Shown here: positions 1 through 8,011 of the stretch, piece by piece
Numbering within the stretch: the first letter of the stretch is position 1
Layout of the letters: each line of letters begins with the position of its first letter
From: Candidatus Latescibacterota bacterium
GTDB lineage: Bacteria; Latescibacterota; UBA2968; UBA8231
Reading direction: 5' to 3'
Assembly: GCA_965248355.1 (NCBI GenBank)
Contig: OZ252098.1
Span: forward strand, 3,808,001-3,872,000
DNA: 64,000 nt
Translations under genes and position numbers: made by a program
Notes under the pieces: generated by a model
Databases searched by the model: none
What the model was told of the DNA's origin: nothing
The model's input: the letters and a program-made list of their open reading frames with translations, nothing else

Positions 1-1920
1 GATGTACATGGCCTTGAGGGTGCCGGCGTGGGCGGCGTCGAACATGTCGGGGATGCGCAGGCCGGTGTTGTCGGGGGGCTCCACCCCCCAGACCTTGGCG
101 TGCTCGGCCCGCGCCACCGGGTCGGTGACCGGCCGGTAGTCGGAGAACACGTTCGGCAGGGCGCCCACGTCCGAGGCGCCCTGGACGTTGTTCTGGCCGC
201 GGATCGGGCAGGCGCCGGTTCCCGGACGGCCCATGTTGCCGGTCATGACCGCCATGTTGATCATGCCGAAGACGGCGTTGGAGCCATGTCCCGCCTCCGT
301 GACCCCCAGTCCCCAAAGGATCTGCGAGGCCTGGCCCGAGGCGTAGAGACGCGCCGCCCGGCGGATCAGGTCCGGGTCCATGGCGGCGATCTCCGCCGCC
401 CACTCGGGGGTGCACCCGGCCACCGTGGAGCGCACGTCGTCGAGACCCTCGGCGCAGCGGCCGATGAAGTCGGGATCGATGAGGTCCTCCTCGATCAGGA
501 CGTGCTGCAGGGCGTTGATGACGGCCACGTTCGATCCCGGCCGCACCGGCAGGTGCAGGTCGGCCAGGCGCGCCATGTCGGTGTTGCGGGGATCGAGGAC
601 GATGAGCTTGCAGCCGGCCAGCACGGCCTGCTTGATGCGGGCGCCGAAGACCGGGTGCGCCTCGGTCGGGTTGGCGCCGACGATCATCAGCACGTCGGAC
701 TCGGCCACGTCCTGGAAGCTGTTGGTGCCGGCGCCGGTGCCCAGGGCCTGGCCGAGGGCGTAGGACGACGGCGAGTGGCAGACGCGGGAGCAGTTGTCGA
801 TGGAGTTGGTCCCCAACCCGACCCGGGCCAGCTTCTGCATCAGGTAGTTCTCTTCGTTGGTGCAGCGCGACGACGAGATGAGGGCCACCGCGTCGGGGCC
901 GTGCTCGCGGGCGATGCCTCCGAGCCGGGAGGCGACCAGGTCGAGGGCTTCCTCCCAGCCGGCCTCGCGGAAGCCGCCGTTCTCCCTGATAAGGGGCGTG
1001 CGCAGGCGGTCGTCGGAGTGGGCGAACTGGTGCGCGAAGCGTCCCTTCACGCAGGTGTGGCCGAGGTTGGCCGATCCCGACTTCGAGGGCGTGATGTTGA
1101 CCACCTGGCCGTCCTTGGTGTGCACGTCCAGGGCGCAGCCGACGCCGCAGTAGGAGCAGGTGGTGGTCGTCGTCTCGTCGGGCAGGCCGAAGCCCCGGGT
1201 GCCGGGCTCTTCGAGGGCGGCCACGGGACACTCGAAGACGCACTGGCCGCAGCTGACGCAGTCGGCCTCCTCGAAGCCGGTGTCGTTGCCGGCGATCACC
1301 TTGGTGTCGTAGCCGCGGCCGGACATCTGCAGGATGAAGGAGCCCTGGACCTCGTCGCAGGCGCGCACGCAGCGGGCGCAGCCGATGCACTTGTCCATCT
1401 CGAGCTTGATGAAGGGGTGGGAGTCGTCCGGCTCCGGGTCGTGGGTGCGGGGGTTCTCGTAGCGCGGCGTGCGCAGGCCGACCTGCTGGGCCAGGCTCTG
1501 CAGCTCGCAGCGGCCGTTGGCCGTGCAGTCCAGGCACTCCAGGGGATGGTCGGAGACGATGAGCTCGGTGATGTTGCGGCGCAGTCGGGTGATCAGCGGC
1601 GAGGAGGTCCGGTAGCGGGCTCCGTCGGTCACCGGCGTGTGGCAGGCGGCCACGGGCTTGCGGCCCTCGTGCTCGACGAGGCAGGTGCGGCAGGCGCCGT
1701 ACGGCTTCATGCGGTCGGAGTAGCACAGGGTGGGGACCGACTTGCCCAGGGCCTGGATCGCCTCGAGGACGGTGCGGCCCTCGTCGACTCGCAGCGGCTG
1801 CCCGTCGATGGTAACGGAGAGTCTCGCCGGCCTTGGCTCCACCATCTTCTGCCGTTCCTCGAGGATCTTCTGGCCGGCCTCGATGGCGCTCCTCGCTTCC
1901 TTCTTCACCACTATCGACAT
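1..1920 (-). CDS. fdhF: NAD-dependent formate dehydrogenase alpha subunit (Mo/W-bisPGD), N-terminal part; runs off the window start
   Basis: Own translation from ATG at 1920 (GAGGAGG RBS upstream): 2Fe-2S region PTLCYSDRMKPYGACRTCLVE, further Fe-S Cys clusters, SSRCTNEENY, active-site DNCSRVCH (Cys, not Sec) and PIRGQNNVQG. Absent from the ORF track because there is no stop in the window. Confidence 0.92.
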   Translation of the reverse strand, partial: MSIVVKKEARSAIEAGQKILEERQKMVEPRPARLSVTIDGQPLRVDEGRTVLEAIQALGKSVPTLCYSDRMKPYGACRTCLVEHEGRKPVAACHTPVTDGARYRTSSPLITRLRRNITELIVSDHPLECLDCTANGRCELQSLAQQVGLRTPRYENPRTHDPEPDDSHPFIKLEMDKCIGCARCVRACDEVQGSFILQMSGRGYDTKVIAGNDTGFEEADCVSCGQCVFECPVAALEEPGTRGFGLPDETTTTTCSYCGVGCALDVHTKDGQVVNITPSKSGSANLGHTCVKGRFAHQFAHSDDRLRTPLIRENGGFREAGWEEALDLVASRLGGIAREHGPDAVALISSSRCTNEENYLMQKLARVGLGTNSIDNCSRVCHSPSSYALGQALGTGAGTNSFQDVAESDVLMIVGANPTEAHPVFGARIKQAVLAGCKLIVLDPRNTDMARLADLHLPVRPGSNVAVINALQHVLIEEDLIDPDFIGRCAEGLDDVRSTVAGCTPEWAAEIAAMDPDLIRRAARLYASGQASQILWGLGVTEAGHGSNAVFGMINMAVMTGNMGRPGTGACPIRGQNNVQGASDVGALPNVFSDYRPVTDPVARAEHAKVWGVEPPDNTGLRIPDMFDAAHAGTLKAMYI

Positions 1921-1938
1921 GGCCTGCCTCCTCTTGTG

Positions 1939-3681
1939 TCAGACCGCCGGCTCGCGGCGGTAGCGGTCCAGCTCCGCGGGGAAGTGCTCCACGAGGGACT
2001 CGATCGGCGCCGGCGTCAGGCCCCCCATGGCGCACAGGCTGCCGTACTTCATGGTCTCGCAGAGGTCGCCGAGCAGCTCCAGCCGCTGGTCGGTGACGCC
2101 ATCTTCCATCATCTGGTCGAAGAGCTCGGTGCCGCGCACGGCGCCGATGCGGCAGGGGAAGCACTTGCCGCAGCTCTCCACGGCGCAGAAGTGGAACAGG
2201 CCGCGGCCGATCTTCATCAGGTCGTCCTCCTGCGAGTAGACGACGATGCCGCCGTGGCCCAGCAGGGCGCCGGCGGCGGCCATGGCCTCGAAGTCCAGCG
2301 GCGTGTCGAGCAGCGGCTCCGGTAACAGGCCGCCGAGAGGTCCGCCCACCTGCACGGCCTTGAAGATCTGCCCGTCGGCCATGCCGCCCGCCTTCTCGAA
2401 GATGACCTCCCGGAGCGTCGTGCCCAGCGCGACCTCGTAGAGACCGGGCCGCTGCACCCGCGAGTTGAGGCTCAGGAGCTTGGTGCCGCGCGAGCTCTCG
2501 CTCCCGAGAGCCTCGTAGGCCGCGCCGCCGTGCTCGACGATCCAGGGAAGGTTGTGGATCGTCTCCACGTTGTTGACCGCCGTGGGGCAGCGCCACAGGC
2601 CCTCCTGGGCCGGAAAGGGCGGGCGCGTGCCGACCAGCGCCGGCAGACCCTCCAGGGAGCGCAGCAGACTCGTCTCCTCGCCGCAGATGTAGGCCCCCTG
2701 ACCGCGGACGACGGTGATCTCGCAGCCGTCGAGCAGACCGGCGCTCCGGGCCTCGGCCACGGCCTGCTCCAGGACTCGCCGGGCCCGGGGGTACTCGAAG
2801 CGGGCATAGATGTAGGCGTGTTGGGCGCCGGTGGCGTAAGCAGCCAGCAGCACCCCCTCGATCTGGGTGTGGGGATCGCGCTCGATCAACTCCTTGTCGA
2901 TGTAGGCCCCGGCGTCGCCCTCGTCGAAGTTGACGACCACGAAGCGGCGTCCCGAGCCGTCGGGGGCCACGCAGTCGGCCACCGTCTGCAGCTTGACGCC
3001 GGCCGGAAAGCCGGCGCCGCCGCGTCCGCGCAGCTGGCTGGCCTTGACCTCGTCGATCACCTGCTGCGGGGTCATGGAGGAGAGGGCCTTCTCCAGGGCC
3101 GAGTAGATGCCGCGGGCTCTCGCCTGCTCCAGGCCCAGGACATCGTGGCCGGCGTGGCGCAGCAGCACGCAGGGCTCGCCGGCGGCCGGCGGGTACACGG
3201 CGTTGACCGGCTCCGGCAGGCGGTGCCCGGTGCCGTGCCGGACGTGGGCGAGGGCTTCTTCGAGAGCGCCGTCGCCCGCCAGGGACAGGGGCTCGCCGTC
3301 GACCATGGCGTTGGGGCCGAGGCCGCAGTAGCCGAGACAGGCCACGTGCTCCAGGCGGGCTCCCTCGGGGGAGACCTCTCCGGTTTCGATGCCGAGCACC
3401 TCCTCGCAGCGGGACAGGACGGCGTCGCAGCCGGCGGCGCGGCAGGCTTCGCCGATGCAGATCTTCAGGGAATGCTCGGCCGTCCGGTTCTGGCCGAGCT
3501 CGTCGTAGAACTTGGCCGTCGCCCGCACGTGGGACGGCGGCAGGTTGTGGTCCCGGGCCAGCCGCAGGACGTCGTCGTCGGTTATCGCCCCCTCGCGCTC
3601 GTGGATGCGGGCCAGCTCGTCGTACACGGTGCGGCCCTCACCGAGAAACTTGTTCTGCAGGGCGATGAGGTTGCGCGACAT
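1939..3681 (-). CDS. Fused NuoE-like (2Fe-2S) and NuoF-like (FMN/NADH, 4Fe-4S) diaphorase subunit of formate dehydrogenase
   Basis: CIGEAC...CLGYC thioredoxin-like 2Fe-2S motif, then LRGRGGAGFP, GAYICGEET, CGKCFPCRIG and SLCAMG; directly upstream of the FDH alpha gene. Confidence 0.9.
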   Translation of the reverse strand: MSRNLIALQNKFLGEGRTVYDELARIHEREGAITDDDVLRLARDHNLPPSHVRATAKFYDELGQNRTAEHSLKICIGEACRAAGCDAVLSRCEEVLGIETGEVSPEGARLEHVACLGYCGLGPNAMVDGEPLSLAGDGALEEALAHVRHGTGHRLPEPVNAVYPPAAGEPCVLLRHAGHDVLGLEQARARGIYSALEKALSSMTPQQVIDEVKASQLRGRGGAGFPAGVKLQTVADCVAPDGSGRRFVVVNFDEGDAGAYIDKELIERDPHTQIEGVLLAAYATGAQHAYIYARFEYPRARRVLEQAVAEARSAGLLDGCEITVVRGQGAYICGEETSLLRSLEGLPALVGTRPPFPAQEGLWRCPTAVNNVETIHNLPWIVEHGGAAYEALGSESSRGTKLLSLNSRVQRPGLYEVALGTTLREVIFEKAGGMADGQIFKAVQVGGPLGGLLPEPLLDTPLDFEAMAAAGALLGHGGIVVYSQEDDLMKIGRGLFHFCAVESCGKCFPCRIGAVRGTELFDQMMEDGVTDQRLELLGDLCETMKYGSLCAMGGLTPAPIESLVEHFPAELDRYRREPAV

Positions 3682-3810
3682 GGTCGGGGAGAAGGCCGGG
3701 GGATTGGGGAGAACGCCGGGTCGGGGACCTCCGGTAAACTAATAACGGATTTGGGGACGTGAAAGAGGCTGCGGCACGGCATCCCGAGGGGTCCGTGCGG
3801 GCGGCAATGC

Positions 3811-3858
3811 TCAGCAGGCCACCTTCGAGGTGCCGAAGTACTGCGTGCCTACGTACAT
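3811..3858 (-). pseudogene. 15-aa mini-ORF MYVGTQYFGTSKVAC, probable truncated gene start
   Basis: Its ATG overlaps the upstream stop (TGATG). MYxGTQ resembles the N-terminus of some UxuA/mannonate-dehydratase-like proteins (from recollection). Confidence 0.35.
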
Positions 3859-4898
3859 CACCTGGACTTCCGTCCGGCAGCGAGTGGGATCAGCCGCTCC
3901 ATCACCGCCCGGTCGAAGTTGTCCGCCTGCACCTCGATGCCGTCGCTGTCGGGGTGGCACTGGTCCTCGGCGTAGCGAGCGATCAGGTCGAGGTCGAAGA
4001 CCTCGAGACCGTCGATGTAGATCAGGTTGGCGTCGCCCAGACCGGTGAGCCGGCGGTGGACGTCCTCCATGTCACGGCGCATCCCCGAGATCGTGTAGCC
4101 GGCGGCGTTGGGATCGGTCTCGCGCGGCGGGTAGCCGATGGGTGAGACCAGGGCCAGCGGCGTGTCCGGGTGTTTCTGGCGGATGATCTGCACCAGCGCC
4201 ACGATGGCCCCCGGGTAGGTGCGCGCCGCCAGGGTCGGCGTGTTGATGGTGTTGATGCCCAGCTTGAGGGTGATGTAGTCGGCCGGCCGGCCGGCGATCA
4301 CCATGCCCACCATGGTGTCGAGATGGCACTGGCCGCCGAAGCCGAGGCTGGTGAGATGAAGACCCCGGCGGCGGGCGACGATGGCCGGCCAGGTGCGCGC
4401 CGGGCCGTGGGCGCGCACGCAGTGGGTGAGGGAGCTGCCGTAGGTCACCCACCTCGGCCGGTCGTCAGCCACCGGCGCGCAGGGCGCGTCCGCCTCGAGT
4501 CCGGTCAGGTGGACGGGGATCTCCTGCGACAGCCACAGCTCGACGACCTTGTCGCCCTCCGGCAGCCCCTCGAAGACCGCCTCTTCGGAGCCCGGCGGAG
4601 CCGCGGCGCTGGCGATCAGCTCGCCGTCGATGGTCACGTCGAAGTGGAAGGCGTCGCGGCTCTCGGCGGGAGCCGACACGGGCAGGGGCAGGAAGCGCAG
4701 GCGCAGTCGGCTCGCGGCGCTGGCGAAGCGCAGGCGTACGCCGCTGGCGGTCTCGGCGCGGGCCATCAGGTCCTCGCCGGGGGATGGGAACAGGGCCCGC
4801 CGGGCGTGGGGCAGCCGCCACGGCTTGACCCAGCCGTCGCCGTGCTCCAGCTCGACGTGGCCCTGGAAGAGATCGTCGGTCAGCGGAATGCTCGGCAT
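3858..4898 (-). CDS. SGNH/GDSL hydrolase with SsfX3-like N-terminal domain
   Basis: Block I YGSSLTH, GFGG, KLGIN and DQCHP (DxxHP) motifs. Confidence 0.8.
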   Translation of the reverse strand: MPSIPLTDDLFQGHVELEHGDGWVKPWRLPHARRALFPSPGEDLMARAETASGVRLRFASAASRLRLRFLPLPVSAPAESRDAFHFDVTIDGELIASAAAPPGSEEAVFEGLPEGDKVVELWLSQEIPVHLTGLEADAPCAPVADDRPRWVTYGSSLTHCVRAHGPARTWPAIVARRRGLHLTSLGFGGQCHLDTMVGMVIAGRPADYITLKLGINTINTPTLAARTYPGAIVALVQIIRQKHPDTPLALVSPIGYPPRETDPNAAGYTISGMRRDMEDVHRRLTGLGDANLIYIDGLEVFDLDLIARYAEDQCHPDSDGIEVQADNFDRAVMERLIPLAAGRKSR

Positions 4899-4901
4899 GG
4901 T

Positions 4902-6671
4902 CTATCGCTCCCAGGGAAAGGCGAAGGTCGGCTGCCGCGAGTACCGTTTCTGGGCGATGCGCAGCCGGCCGCCAGCGCCTGGCCCCAGCCGCACCGTGAA
5001 GGACGATCCCTCTCCGGGCACGTCGGCAGGCGTGCCCTCGCCGGCGGTCACACGCTCGATCCGGTGCTCCCCGTAGGCGCCGCCCTGCACGACCACGCGG
5101 CGCTCGCGGACGGGGTCGAGGTTGATCAGCTGCACGCTGACTTCCCCGTCGCTCATGCCGTCGACCAGGGCCGCCACCTGGGGAGGCAGGCCGGCCCGGC
5201 CCGCGTCCGGATCGAAGTAGCGCAGACGGCAGTGGAGGGTATGGCACGAGCGGCCCACCGGCAGGCCGCCGAGGAGCAGCTTCACGAGGGTGTCGGTGAC
5301 AGCCGGGTTGAGGTGGTTCATGTCGTCGGACAGCCGCGTGTCGGCGCTGGACTCGTCCTCGGCCACGCCGCGCATGGAGGTGCGGACCTGGTCCAGCACC
5401 GACTCCAGGGCCGCGTCCGGGTAGCCGGGCTCCTCCCCCGCCAGGTAGCGCACCCAGCCGTCGCCTGAGACGCGCTGGCGGTCGTCCTCTCTCTGTGACC
5501 AGAACCAGAGCTCCTGGGCCCCGGGCGAGAACGGCTGCGGCCGGAAGTCGTACCAGCCGTCGTCGCCGTGCATGTGGGGGTAGAGGGTCCGGCCGTCCTG
5601 CTCCTTCGCGTTCTCGTTGACCTTGTCGAGGACGCCGCGCCAGGTGTCGACGTAGGCCTGCTGCCCGGTGAGCAGCAGCCCGTGGGCGAAGCCGAAGTGG
5701 GGGCGGGAGTAGCAGGCCGGGCGGTGGGCCGCGGCCCCCGTCTGGGGCACGGTGACCGTGAACCCCCAGCCGTAGCAGCCGCCCCACCAGCGCCCTCCGG
5801 TGGCCCCTCCGATGGTTCCGTCGAGGCCGATGTTCGAGGGGATGATGCCGCCGTTGTCCTCGGTGCGCTGCACCCAGGCGTCGATGTAGTCGACGACCCC
5901 GCCGCGGTAGCGGTCCTCGCCGGTGATCAGGTAGGTCACCAGACCCAGGTGCGTGGCCTCGAGATTCAGCGGATGATCGCCGACGACGTCGGTGTACTCC
6001 TCGAAGTGGGCGAGCATCTCGGCGAAGTTGCTCTCGCCGTGGGCGAGGCGGAAGCGGCCCTCGATCTCGATCGGGTCGCCGGCCCAGTCGAGGGCCGTGG
6101 CCTTGCGCAGCAGCGGTCCCCGGCTGCCGGTGAACATGGAGCGCACAATGCGGTGCCTCGGATCGTAGTTGGGGGCGGTCTCGTCGGTGCCGTCGTACAT
6201 GGCGGTCCAGCGCCGGAGGCGGCGTTCGTAGTCCGGGTCCCAAGGGTCGCACAGGCCGTAGAGGAGGTAGGCGGAAAGGCCCTCGCCGTGGTGAAACCAG
6301 TCCAGGGACACGGGGAACTCCTTGTAGTACATGCCGTCGCGGGCCATGGGCACGTCGACGGTGCGGGCCTCCGTGTACTGGCGCAGGTGGCCCTCGAAGC
6401 CGGTGCGGAACATGTCCAGCAGGTCGACGGCGCCGCCGAGGGCGTACAGGGTGGTCCAGTTGAGCTGGTTCTCGGCGGCGTCGTCCGGTCCGTCGTCACC
6501 GCCCCACCGGGGCACCGCCAGGAGATAGCCGGAGTGCGGATCGAAGTACTTGGCGAAGAAGGCGCGGCAAGCCTCCGCCTCGGCGTCGAGGATGTGACGC
6601 TCGAGCAGGGCCCAGCGCGGCGGCGGCAGCGGGTCGTCGAGGCTGAGCAGGGGCGCGTGTCGGGAGGGCAT
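4902..6671 (-). CDS. Conserved hypothetical protein, possibly an alpha/alpha-barrel carbohydrate-active enzyme
   Basis: 589-aa ORF with host-like codon usage, Trp/Asp-rich (GGDDGPDDAAEN, DWFHHGEG, WWGGCYGWGF); 3 nt from the next gene. Confidence 0.6.
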   Translation of the reverse strand: MPSRHAPLLSLDDPLPPPRWALLERHILDAEAEACRAFFAKYFDPHSGYLLAVPRWGGDDGPDDAAENQLNWTTLYALGGAVDLLDMFRTGFEGHLRQYTEARTVDVPMARDGMYYKEFPVSLDWFHHGEGLSAYLLYGLCDPWDPDYERRLRRWTAMYDGTDETAPNYDPRHRIVRSMFTGSRGPLLRKATALDWAGDPIEIEGRFRLAHGESNFAEMLAHFEEYTDVVGDHPLNLEATHLGLVTYLITGEDRYRGGVVDYIDAWVQRTEDNGGIIPSNIGLDGTIGGATGGRWWGGCYGWGFTVTVPQTGAAAHRPACYSRPHFGFAHGLLLTGQQAYVDTWRGVLDKVNENAKEQDGRTLYPHMHGDDGWYDFRPQPFSPGAQELWFWSQREDDRQRVSGDGWVRYLAGEEPGYPDAALESVLDQVRTSMRGVAEDESSADTRLSDDMNHLNPAVTDTLVKLLLGGLPVGRSCHTLHCRLRYFDPDAGRAGLPPQVAALVDGMSDGEVSVQLINLDPVRERRVVVQGGAYGEHRIERVTAGEGTPADVPGEGSSFTVRLGPGAGGRLRIAQKRYSRQPTFAFPWER

Positions 6672-6847
6672 GGCGATCCTTTGGTCAGGCGGATGAGGCG
6701 GGGAACAAGGGGAATGGCGGGGTCGGGTGCAAGGGCCGGGCGGTGGAGCCGTGGTCCGATCCGCTTGCGGACCCCGTCTCCGGGGGCCGATGCTTGCGGC
6801 CGGCGTCCCGGCGCGTCGCCGGGGACCCCCTGACGAAGGATGTGGCC

Positions 6848-7954
6848 ATGATCTACGACGGACACGCCTACTGCTTTCCGCCGCCGACCCGCAACGGCGG
6901 CTTCGCGGATCCGGCCGAGTTCTGGCGGCACCTGCAGCTGTTCATGGCCCAGGCCCGGCTGCAGCCCTGCTGGCGGCGCTCCGACCGTGCCCCGGCCGAC
7001 GCCGAGGGCCTCTACGATCCCGGCCGCCCCTGGCGCTTCGACGGCTTGAGGGAGGCCGCCTTCCGCACCGGCGACCACGGGCTCGTGGAGTGGACGGTGG
7101 ACGGCGAGGACTACGCGAAGCAGGCGTTGCCGCCGTGGACGGTGGACTTCGCCTTCCCCGCCGACAGCCTGGTGGCGGAGATGGACTACGCCGGCGTCGA
7201 CCGGGCCCTCCTGCACCGCACCCCGTACATGGGCCTGAACAATGCCTGGATCGCCGACTGCTGCCGGCGCCACCCGGGACGGATCCAGGGCCTGGTCCAG
7301 GTCCCCGAATGGTGGTTCCCCGCCAGGACGGAGGAGGCCATCGGCAAGCTGGAACGAGGGATCCGGGACCACGGCCTGTCGGGCCTGCAGTTCGTCCCCT
7401 TTCACCGGCCCCTGTACGACCTCTCTCCCGAGTGGACGGGGCCCGACTTCGACCCTTTGTGGGCGGCCGTGTCCGAGCTGGGGATCCCCGTGTTCTTCAC
7501 CCTCGGCGCGGCCGGGTCGCCGGCCGGCTACATCGAGGAGATGCGCGTCCTGCGCGTCTGGATGGACCGCTTCCCCGACGTCGACGTGGTCCTGACCCAC
7601 GGCTTGCCCTGGCGGCTGTTCGCCGAGGAGGACCGGCTCCACGTGCCGGACGAGGTCTACGAGGCGGTGCCGACCGGCCACCCGCGGTTCCACATCCAGA
7701 TCCTGTTCGCCGTCTTCCTGCAGTCGCGCTGGGACTACCCCATGCCGCAGATGCGGCCCGTCCTGGAGAAGATGGTGGAACGCATCGGCGCCGACCGCAT
7801 CATCTGGGGGACGGACATCCCCATCGTGCTCCTGCACTGGACCTACCGCCAGAGCCTGGACTACGTGAGGAAGTACTGCCCGTTCCTCGGCGAGGCCGAA
7901 ATGGCGGCGATCCTCGGCGGCAACATGGAGAGGCTCCTGGGGCCAGGGCGGTAG
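6848..7954 (+). CDS. Amidohydrolase_2 family protein
   Basis: MIYDGHAY start after an AAGGA RBS; AEMDYAGVDRALL, THG and IIWGTDIP motifs. Confidence 0.82.
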   Translation: MIYDGHAYCFPPPTRNGGFADPAEFWRHLQLFMAQARLQPCWRRSDRAPADAEGLYDPGRPWRFDGLREAAFRTGDHGLVEWTVDGEDYAKQALPPWTVDFAFPADSLVAEMDYAGVDRALLHRTPYMGLNNAWIADCCRRHPGRIQGLVQVPEWWFPARTEEAIGKLERGIRDHGLSGLQFVPFHRPLYDLSPEWTGPDFDPLWAAVSELGIPVFFTLGAAGSPAGYIEEMRVLRVWMDRFPDVDVVLTHGLPWRLFAEEDRLHVPDEVYEAVPTGHPRFHIQILFAVFLQSRWDYPMPQMRPVLEKMVERIGADRIIWGTDIPIVLLHWTYRQSLDYVRKYCPFLGEAEMAAILGGNMERLLGPGR

Positions 7955-8011
7955 CACCGACGGGCGTATTCGGGAAGCCCGGTAATCCCCGGCTGCATGG
8001 CGAAGGAGATA

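Noticed and set aside
770..800. Possible selenocysteine in the FDH active site
   Set aside because: The codon is TGC (Cys); there is no in-frame TGA.
28..2325. Long plus-strand ORF (765 aa) and many other long overlapping ORFs (e.g. 24276-27503, 27166-30321, 21258-23702, 53084-55420)
   Set aside because: Antisense or off-frame shadows of real genes in high-GC DNA: Arg/Gly/Pro-rich with no motifs.
3682..3857. Moco or ZTP riboswitch upstream of FDH
   Set aside because: I could not match the conserved elements of either by eye; an Rfam scan would settle it.
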